In this document: one piece after another, positions 55,853 through 64,000 of the stretch
Layout: each line of letters starts with the position of its first letter
Position numbering within the stretch: the stretch's first letter is position 1
The notes under the pieces: model-generated
Told to the model about the DNA's origin: nothing
Seen by the model: the letters and a program-made list of their open reading frames with translations, nothing else
Database searches by the model: none
Translations under genes and position numbers: made by a program
NCBI GenBank assembly: GCA_004764695.1
Contig: SMSO01000031.1
Coordinates: forward strand, 7,360,761 to 7,424,760
DNA length: 64,000 bases
DNA from: Schizochytrium sp. TIO01
Lineage: Eukaryota > Protista > Bigyra: Labyrinthulomycetes
Reading direction: 5' to 3'

Positions 55853-58442
55853 ATGTCAAGCGCACCCGCGCCGCACGATTTCTGTGGCATATGGCGTGTA
55901 GAACAAGATATTTCGGACTCCATCGAGCCTATGCTTAAAGCCATGGGCGTGGGCTGGAAAATTCGCAAGATCGTTACCATGCTCAAGGTATTACAGCAAA
56001 TTGAAGTTCACGATCAGTCGTTCGTTGTTCGCAATATCAGTCAAAATGGTGAAGATACAACTACGCATCAAATTAATGCCGGAGAACAGCTCATTCGAAC
56101 TAAAAGGGGTGACGAAGTCATTGACGAATGCACCTTTGATCCTAGAAAACCTTTTCCCTTGCGCATCTTTGCTGTCCTCCCTCATGGGAAGGGCTCCACA
56201 GAAGATCTGCGTAAACTTAATGTGGATAAGTCAGGCTTTGAGCAGGTTCTGATTTACAAGTATCCGCCTCGTAGTGGCAAGCCTGATATCATCATGCGCA
56301 GGTTCTTCTCTCGGGCAGACACAGACCCACTCCTGGAGCAGATTCAAGCGCACCGATCCAAAGAGCGTTCTTATAGTGACTTTAGTGTATCCAGTTTCGA
56401 ATCTCAGCAGAGCACACAGCCCCCATCGCGGTCGGTAGCCCCCTCGTCACCGAGCAAACCTCATGCTTTGCAATCTGGAAATGGATCAACTCTGAAAGTT
56501 CGGACAGTAGCAAACTATCGTGTTTCATCGAACCCAGAAACTCTTACGAGGGATTCTGTTCCATCTCCCCAAAAGAAACGCCAGGTTGCCTCAGTATCTT
56601 TGAAGGACTTGAGAGCTGCACGAGACAAACCTGAACTTTCAAGCACAGAGCTTTGGGTTGCGATCACCCTTGCCGTAGCTGTTCTTATCATGATGTTCTT
56701 CGCTCTCGCTGAGAAAGGAGTGAATCAGAATGCTTCCCCCTTCATCACCCCTTTGCATGCCCTATTTCCTATGGCAATATACGTGGGAGCACGAATTTTT
56801 GCCCAAACTAAGATTGGAAAAGAAGTATCGTTGTATAATCCACGGCTACGCTGGGCTGGTGTGGTTTTTGCCACAGCAGTATCCACACTTGTGTATCATT
56901 ACATCGGTTCACAACCAGTTTTCGCCAACAACCGTGTGTACCGATTAGGCTCCATTGGCACAGCTATTGCATGTTTCGTCGTAGCTCGAACTCACGCAGG
57001 TCTACCATCTTTAGAAGCGGCGACTTCTATGAAGACTCAACAGCCCGTTGCTGAAGACCTCCCAACCTCTCTAGTTGTTGAAGCTGTGAGCGAGCTGAGT
57101 AGACCTCATGCGCTTGGACTATCAGGTATGGCAGCCATTAGTGCAGTCCTAAGCTCACTTATTTTTGGAGAGTCTCACACATTCACTGTTGCCTTTGCTA
57201 GTATTTCGGCACTAATTGGCTTTGCTGTATGGTATATCCAATTTTTAGGATTTGAACGACAAGAACCTCTTGCGAAAGAACAACTCGGTGAAACACGAAC
57301 ACGAAAACGTGTCCGTGATCGCGAAGGTAAAACCCTCAAGGTTGCAGTGGTAGGCCATCGAATTGTTGATGATATGTATGCTCAACATAAAGTCCGAGTG
57401 GAGCATGAAGGACTGGCGTGGTACGTATGGCGGCGATTCAGCCAGTTTGATACATTACGGCATGAACTTAGGCGCATGTTCGGTCATGGTGTGCTGCCAC
57501 AGCTTCCGGGTAAAACTTGGTTTTCAGTTCTTGAGGATGATTTCCTTGAACAACGGACTCAAGAGCTTGACGAATTTATCCGTGCTTTGATGGATGATTC
57601 ATTGCGCAAACAGGTATTTAAAGTCGCTGAGACTCGCAAATTTTTAGGTATTGGACAAGGCCGCGGTAAGCTACCTGAGCAGCTCGATTCAGCCGAAGAA
57701 GACAGCACTGCTGCTCCACCTGCATCGGCAGAAGAAATGAAGGTATTCATGAAGATCCTCAAGGAAGCTAATGCTGCATTTGAAAAGGCGATCAGTGTCG
57801 GCGAAGGGAAAGGGTGGACGTTTCTAAAAAACTATAATGGCGTACAGTGTTATTTGAAAAACGAAGGTGATCTAACTCACACAAAGGGTGTTGGGACTAT
57901 ACATGCCCCTCCCTTAGTTGTAGCTGCATACATGACGGATCCAGCGCACCGCGATGATTACGATGATCTGTACAAACGAGATACACTCCTGCGTGAGCTT
58001 GATCTCGCCCAAGTTCGCAAGCACCTCAACGAAGCATCAGTAGATATGTGCGATGTTAAATATGTGGAATACAAATCCCCTTTCCCAATGGCAATCACTG
58101 CACGGGACTCAGTTCTGTTAAGCTGCCGTCAAATTGAAAAGAATGGCACAGTAAAGGTCATTATGGTGTCTGCTCCAGACTCCCTCCATCCTCCCACAGC
58201 CAAATACGTGCGTGCCCATGTCTTCACTGCTGGTATTAAATTAGAACCTCATCCTACAGAGGAAGGCGCTTGCCTAATGAGTAACGTGCAAATGATTGAT
58301 CCTAATGGCTCAATTCCAAGCTGGATTGTTAAAACTGTAGCTCCAGAGCGTGCTGGGAATGTCTGCTAAAGTAGATGCTGGCCTATCCAAGCTCGCCGAT
58401 CTCCCGGACCCACTTCCGATTCCGCACATTCATACAGATTAA
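55853..58442 (+). CDS. FABP/calycin-like + multi-TM + PX + START domain protein; apparent +1 frame break at GGG 58355-58357
   Basis: FABP-like DFCGIWRVEQDISDSIEPMLKAMGVGWKIRKI, about 5-6 hydrophobic segments, PX (VWRRFSQFDTLRHEL...LPQLPGK...FLEQRTQELDEFI), START (ARDSVL...YVRAHV...IDPNGSIPSWIV). The ORF ends at 58369 as given; removing one G extends the START C-terminal helix to TAA 58442. Confidence 0.88.
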
Positions 58443-59219
58443 GTGTTTCCCCCCCTTTGATAGTTTTTACTCTCAACAATCGTGAATTTTTTTCTTATTC
58501 TTCTTATATACGTTTGTTGGTAGCCCTAAAGCAGTGCTGAATGACGCCACTCTCAATGGATCTTTTAATTTGAGTGAAAACTCCCGCCAAAGTATATCAC
58601 TGAAATTATACGTCTGTAGTGTATTTTAGGTTTTGTTTATTTTAAGGTATGATTTTCTATTCGTAACTTTTCGTGTGAGCTATCAGTTGTATTCTATTTA
58701 CAATTGATTTTGGAGTTTAGTTTTCACACATCATACAGCTTTAGTTCAACCAATCGAAAAGAATACGCGCGAATTTTGACATTTTTTTCATCTGTGTACT
58801 TATAGCAGCAATCGATAGGGGCATAGATAAGTTCATGCAATGCTACATGTTATCCTTATGTCTCTTAGAAGCATACTAGGACTTATACTTTGACTTTAAC
58901 ACATCATGTATCAAAAATGTTTAATTGACGAAAATTCGAAGTTAGCTTCATATAAATTTAGTCTAAATTCTAACCAAGCACCAATCTTGAAGAGGTAACC
59001 CTACCGAAAGTATACAAAATAAAAGACATAATACCAATTATCTTGCATAGTAATAGAACTATGGCTATGCATCCCTTCTTCATATTTCTTTTTTTCCTAG
59101 TTCTCCTTTCTCTATTTTTTCTATACAGAATTTATTTAGTATTTTTACTTTGCAAATTGTACAAGCTAGCAACACAGTCATAAATGACCGTGTGAGGTGT
59201 GTACTGACTTGACCGTTGA

Positions 59220-59474
59220 ATGAATATGCCAGCTTTATTGCAAGGCGCTGAGACATTACAGGTGAACGAAAAGCCTCTCGTTCATTGCCAGGAACTAGCT
59301 TTGCTGCATTCAAAGGGTTTCAAGCTATTTGCGGACGCCGTGCATGATATTGCACCGGCAAACCTGGAGCTAGCGCGCGACCTCACGCAAGTGCGTGTGG
59401 ACGGTGTGCATGCAATAGACAAGCCTGCTCGTAGAGTGGTCCAAAACAGGGTCATACGACGAGCTGAAGTCTGA
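59220..59474 (+). CDS. Possible small orphan ORF (84 aa)
   Basis: ATG-started, protein-like composition in a GC-richer island. No recognised homology. Confidence 0.25.
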   Translation: MNMPALLQGAETLQVNEKPLVHCQELALLHSKGFKLFADAVHDIAPANLELARDLTQVRVDGVHAIDKPARRVVQNRVIRRAEV

Positions 59475-59754
59475 TTGTTCTACACACAAAGTGGAGGCAT
59501 ACGCCATACCCCTCCGGCTCAAGAGGAGAGGAAGTTAACCCGGCTAAAGCAGGTTTTGTGACGTGTAAACCATCATCAGGAAACTGATTTCATACTCTTG
59601 CATTGTAAGAACTTTTGGTTCGACAAGCGAGTAACCAGTAGCGGTTTGGTGAAAGGAGTTTTGCTTCTATACTGCGATGAGCCGCTCTTACAACGATTGT
59701 GAACCCGATAACGCCAACCTTCCTCGTGAAGAAAGCAAAAGGAGCAACAACAAC

Positions 59755-62700
59755 ATGGAGGACGTTGAACTTAGCAACACTGGTGTAGCAAATGAAGGGT
59801 TATCAGCGCTTCTGACACAGGTAGAAAAGCAACAGGAATTAAACAATGGGATGGCCCGTCGCAATGATTTGTCATCACGTCTTTATGCTGGAGGTTCTAC
59901 AAGTCCAATGAAAACAACTAGCAAAGCCATACCTAGCTCAGCAATTGGAATTGCTGGGGTCAGCATGTCAAGTCGCACTCCAAAGGCTCAGGCCCAGCTT
60001 ATTCCAAAGCAGGGAGCTTTGGGTATGGCTGGAACAGGAGCCACAGGCTCAGTAACAACCTCCAAACCAACTCAGATTCCGCACTCACAAATTGGTGATG
60101 ATGCTCGATCAACCAAATTCGCAAAGGGACTGATTCGCTCTCGTCATAGCTCAAGCACGCCTGCCATGACTCAGTCTTCCCCCAATTTAGAGACGAAGTT
60201 TGATATGGGACAAAAAAACAAGGTTTCCTCTCATGTGCCTTCCCAATACAGACAAGAGAAAAGCTCCAGCCAGGAAGCACAGTACAAACAACCTGGACGG
60301 AACACAGGGAATATGTTTTCGTCACCTAAACAAAGCAAGTCAAACAAAACAACTCACTGTGATAAAAATGAAGACGAGCTCAAACCCACATCTTTCATCT
60401 CACAGCTCAAACTCTCACGGCAGCAACGGGAGGAGTTTGACAATGGTGGATTTTTTTATCTAAGGCCTCATGCTGCGTTTAACAGTGTATATGAGCTTCG
60501 AATCGTAGACCATAAAAATGTAGATTCAGAGGACTACTTTACTTTGAGCGGAGAAGGTGTCACGCATTTTACTGATTCTCAAGCAGAGTTCACGCCTATG
60601 AACCTTTGGGAACACGAGTTTCGAATTTTCTCAAAAATGAAGAGTATCTCATTTTTTTCAAAGTTCAGACTTTGGAAAAACTTCACCATGTGGAAACGTA
60701 ACGTTCATAGTGCCAAGCGCAAAATTAGCAGTGAATTTTTGCAGAGCCAACTCTTTATTCTAAACAACAGACTTCGAGAATCTCTCCTTAAGGTGCGACA
60801 AATGTGCATTAACTTAGGGTCCCGCCGGTTAATTCAAACTGACCGCACGAAGACATTTACCCTGGAAGAGTTTCGAGAGACACAGCGTGCTTACCGTGAA
60901 AAACTGCAGATGTCGGTGATTGAAGTGTCTGATGAGACGAGACAAATTGTCCGCGATGCTTGTGATCACGTCCTAGATGAATTTCTCGAACAGAATGACA
61001 TCGTCGCAGATCACAAGATGACATTTATGGAGCGCGCAGCCTTGCGTACAGAATGCAAAAAGCTGGCGAAGTTCATTCGTCTCATTGAGTTTCAAATGAA
61101 TGTGACCCTTGTAGATATGGCCTACGTATCAGCTCGAGCATTCTCAGATGTAATCAATCCTAAAGTTCGACCTAAGAAAGTTGTGCGTCTTTCAGAGGAG
61201 AAAAAAGAAAAGATCGTCATCGAGAAGAAGGGCGGAGTCAAAGAGGTTTTACCGCTCTTTGCTGTTAACGTTTCATTTGGACCAAAGCCCACGCCTCCTT
61301 CCACCATGTCTGGTTTGCAGGCAGGAGGAGCAGCAAGTAAGAAAAAGTCAGTGCTTATCACAGACAACGCTCGGGGTGAGGCGGATTCTAAAGCGTCACC
61401 ACATGATCAAGACGACAAAAATGAAGAAGCTGGATATGAAACACCAGAGGAAGAAAGGAATGAAGATGAGGAACCTGAAGACAGGATTGCACGCAAGAAA
61501 AGGGAAAAAGAACTTCGACAACGAAGGAAGTATGCAGCTCCTCTCATCTTACAGCCAAACTTTGATGTCTTTGCTGGCGTTGTTGAAGAAGCTATTGTTG
61601 AAGCTGTTGGTGTCTTGTCATCTTCTGAGCGCTTGCTTACTCACGAAGAGCTTGCGCCATATACACAAGTTGCAAACAAGGAAGGGGAAGGTCCGAGTGG
61701 AGACGGGGGGGAAGGAGGATCCCCAGATGATATGGAGCTTGATGCTGTGATTTTGAACCAGAGAGAGTTCTTACTACTCAAACAAGGAATCATTGGGGAC
61801 CTGGAAAATGCAACAAAAGAGGCACTGGACTACGCTAAGGTATTTGAGCCATTCAGAGACACCTTCGAGGAAAACGCTACCAAGACCAAAAATGAGGTGG
61901 AAGAGTTTCGTCATTTGGAGCTTAATGTGTTCGAGCAATTGATTGCAAAGTTTCGCAACCAAGAGAATGAGTTCGGTGGAATTCCTGTTTCTGCGGATAT
62001 TGGGATTATGCGTGTAAATTCACATGCCCTAAAGAAACTCCTCTTGCCGAGTCCATATACTTGCCTCATGGCAGTGAAGGAAGTCATCCCAAGCATTATG
62101 AATGTAGAATCCAAAGAGCTTCTTGAAGAGATTGCTAATGCTATGACAAAGGCCTCTTACGAACCTAAAACTGTTGCTGAATTTACGACAAAGTGCAAAT
62201 TCCTTACCATCGCACCTGATCTCTTGAAGGATCTTGGTGACAAGGCAAGCCACATTAAACAATTTGCGATGATTTTAGAGCGTCATAAATGGACAATTCC
62301 AGAGCAAGAAGTTGCGCACATGCGTATGATCACAGACCAATTGAATGAACTTACATCAACAGTAGAAGCTTGCGAAGCTCGCAAGCAGGAAGATACTGCA
62401 AAATTCATCAAGCTCATCAGTAGTCAAGTGCCAAAGGTTCAAAAGGAAATTACTTCTTTACGAGAGAAGCTTGATCACCCTGGCATTGAAGACGCAAAGT
62501 CAAACATGGATGAGATGGTCAAGTACATGAAAACGCAGAATGACAAACTTGAAAGTGTTCGCACTGAGATTGAAGTCCTGCAGAGCAACCAGTCCTACTT
62601 GGACCTTGAAGTGTCTGAGTTCGAAGTTCTGGATGAGGTAGTGCAAGATCTCAAAGTAAAATACGATCTTTGGATGGGTATCAAATCATGGTCAAATTTA

Positions 62701-64000
62701 CTCAAGCAGTGGATGAATACGGAATTTAAGGACTTAGACGCAGAGGAGATGGACAAGCAAGTCAAAGTGCATGATAAGACTGCGTTTAAAGCGATTCGTG
62801 CTTTACCAAGTTCAACATCAGGTCCAAGCCTTAAGGATGCTGTCAACCATGTAAAGATCACACTCCCTGTAATTGTTTCCCTGTGTTCAGACTCGTTACA
62901 AGAACGTCATTGGGACAAGATCCATGATTTGGTGGGCTACCAAATTAAAAATGTGGAAGGGTTCACACTTGGAAAGCTTATGGAGAACAAAATTGGCAAA
63001 TACGAGGAGGAGATTCAAGGAATCGCGGTTGCTGCTGCACAAGAAATGGTCTTAGAGGCAATGCTTGCCAAGATCGAAAAGGTGTGGAAGTCCTCTGAGC
63101 TCGAACTCAAGAATTATAAAGAGCAAAAAGACGTCTACATTCTTGGAAGTGTGGAAGAAATAATCACAAATCTTGATGATTCATTGGTCACCATTAGTAC
63201 TATCATGGGATCGCGTTATGTTGCTGGTATCAAAGATGTTGTCGAATCATGGCGCAAAAAGCTCGTAACTTTCCAGGAGACCTTAGATGAGTGGCTAGTC
63301 TGCCAACGTGGCTGGATGTACCTCGAGACCATTTTTTCTGCCCCTGACATTCAGCGACAGCTTCCTGTTGAGTCTAAAAAGTTTTTTGCTGTTGATACGT
63401 TCTGGAAGACCCACATGAAGCGGACCGCAGACGACCCAAATGCCCTGAAAGCGTGCACCATACCTGCGCTATGTGACAAATTTAAGAGTTGCAATGAAAC
63501 TTTGGACAAAATCCAGAAGAGTCTTGAAGACTATTTGGAAACCAAACGAGCTGCTTTTCCACGTTTCTACTTCCTTGCTAACGATGAGTTGCTAGAAATT
63601 CTTGCACAAACAAAAGACCCTCAGGCTGTGCAACCCCATTTACGTAAGTGCTTTGACGCTTTGGTTGGCCTAGACTTTGGATCGAAAGCGAGCAGTATTG
63701 ATATTGAGGCTATGCTTTCTCCTGAAGGCGAGCGGATTGAGCTAGGTAAAAATCTCAAGGCCCGTGGTAATGTTGAGGACTGGCTGTCTTCAGTTGAGCA
63801 ACATATGCGAACGTCTCTTCAGAAACTTATGAAAGTAGGTCTTCTCGACTACCCTACAAAGGCTCGAAGACATTGGGTACTCGACCACCCAGGTCAGATC
63901 GTAGCAACTGCTGCTCAAATGACTTGGGTCCAAGGCACTGAGTCTGCTCTTCGTGCAGAAGACTCTCCAACAGCCGTGGCATCATGGTTTCAAGAAAATC
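59755..64000 (+). CDS. DNAH6: Axonemal inner-arm dynein heavy chain, DNAH6-type (5' part, runs off the window)
   Basis: Frame 1 reads as dynein wherever translated from ATG 59755 to the window end; it is not in the ORF track, consistent with no stop. GFFYLRP...DYFTLSGEGVTHF...FRLWKNFTMWKRNV, CQRGWMYLETIFSAPDIQRQLP, YLETKRAAFPRFYFLANDELLEILAQ, AVQPHLRKCFD, ARGNVEDWL. Confidence 0.93.
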   Translation, partial: MEDVELSNTGVANEGLSALLTQVEKQQELNNGMARRNDLSSRLYAGGSTSPMKTTSKAIPSSAIGIAGVSMSSRTPKAQAQLIPKQGALGMAGTGATGSVTTSKPTQIPHSQIGDDARSTKFAKGLIRSRHSSSTPAMTQSSPNLETKFDMGQKNKVSSHVPSQYRQEKSSSQEAQYKQPGRNTGNMFSSPKQSKSNKTTHCDKNEDELKPTSFISQLKLSRQQREEFDNGGFFYLRPHAAFNSVYELRIVDHKNVDSEDYFTLSGEGVTHFTDSQAEFTPMNLWEHEFRIFSKMKSISFFSKFRLWKNFTMWKRNVHSAKRKISSEFLQSQLFILNNRLRESLLKVRQMCINLGSRRLIQTDRTKTFTLEEFRETQRAYREKLQMSVIEVSDETRQIVRDACDHVLDEFLEQNDIVADHKMTFMERAALRTECKKLAKFIRLIEFQMNVTLVDMAYVSARAFSDVINPKVRPKKVVRLSEEKKEKIVIEKKGGVKEVLPLFAVNVSFGPKPTPPSTMSGLQAGGAASKKKSVLITDNARGEADSKASPHDQDDKNEEAGYETPEEERNEDEEPEDRIARKKREKELRQRRKYAAPLILQPNFDVFAGVVEEAIVEAVGVLSSSERLLTHEELAPYTQVANKEGEGPSGDGGEGGSPDDMELDAVILNQREFLLLKQGIIGDLENATKEALDYAKVFEPFRDTFEENATKTKNEVEEFRHLELNVFEQLIAKFRNQENEFGGIPVSADIGIMRVNSHALKKLLLPSPYTCLMAVKEVIPSIMNVESKELLEEIANAMTKASYEPKTVAEFTTKCKFLTIAPDLLKDLGDKASHIKQFAMILERHKWTIPEQEVAHMRMITDQLNELTSTVEACEARKQEDTAKFIKLISSQVPKVQKEITSLREKLDHPGIEDAKSNMDEMVKYMKTQNDKLESVRTEIEVLQSNQSYLDLEVSEFEVLDEVVQDLKVKYDLWMGIKSWSNLLKQWMNTEFKDLDAEEMDKQVKVHDKTAFKAIRALPSSTSGPSLKDAVNHVKITLPVIVSLCSDSLQERHWDKIHDLVGYQIKNVEGFTLGKLMENKIGKYEEEIQGIAVAAAQEMVLEAMLAKIEKVWKSSELELKNYKEQKDVYILGSVEEIITNLDDSLVTISTIMGSRYVAGIKDVVESWRKKLVTFQETLDEWLVCQRGWMYLETIFSAPDIQRQLPVESKKFFAVDTFWKTHMKRTADDPNALKACTIPALCDKFKSCNETLDKIQKSLEDYLETKRAAFPRFYFLANDELLEILAQTKDPQAVQPHLRKCFDALVGLDFGSKASSIDIEAMLSPEGERIELGKNLKARGNVEDWLSSVEQHMRTSLQKLMKVGLLDYPTKARRHWVLDHPGQIVATAAQMTWVQGTESALRAEDSPTAVASWFQEN

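Noticed and set aside
27900-58442. Genome-wide programmed +1 frameshifting (UTP18 twice, START protein)
   Set aside because: The breaks fall at short homopolymers with no shared shift motif or adjacent stop codon; insertion errors in the consensus are more parsimonious.
5391-64000. A ciliary gene cluster (DLC, ARL3, DNAH6)
   Set aside because: The genes are 25-30 kb apart with unrelated genes between them; this density is expected in a flagellate genome.

Overview
Eukaryotic nuclear DNA from a flagellated protist with compact, intron-poor genes (GT-AG introns) and microsatellite-rich intergenic DNA. The style suggests a stramenopile such as a thraustochytrid, but that is inference. About 18 protein-coding genes can be supported: a PH-LRR-MyTH4-FERM protein, dynein light chain, a SulP/STAS/cNMP/EF-hand transporter, a HAD hydrolase overlapping the end of a SNAPC1-like gene, TRM6, LSm5 (spliced, missed by the ORF track), PLAC8, a ubiquitin-like repeat protein, p24/TMED, UTP18, COX14-like, a limonene-epoxide-hydrolase-like protein, ARL3, ornithine decarboxylase (ODC), an inward-rectifier K+ channel, a FABP-TM-PX-START protein and the 5' part of a DNAH6-type dynein heavy chain. 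No rRNA, tRNA, CRISPR array or recognisable transposon was seen. The best candidate for a new system is at ODC: its AUG-free leader holds a putative AUU-initiated 71-codon uORF whose stop overlaps the ODC start (TGATG), plus an antizyme-like TCC-TGA that leads into the ODC frame after a +1 shift. ODC lies head-to-head, across a ~15 kb gene-poor region, with a Kir channel that keeps the polyamine-block Asp and has an atypical TIGYA filter. Several +1 frame breaks at short homopolymers look like assembly errors. All family assignments come from motif recognition by eye, not database searches.
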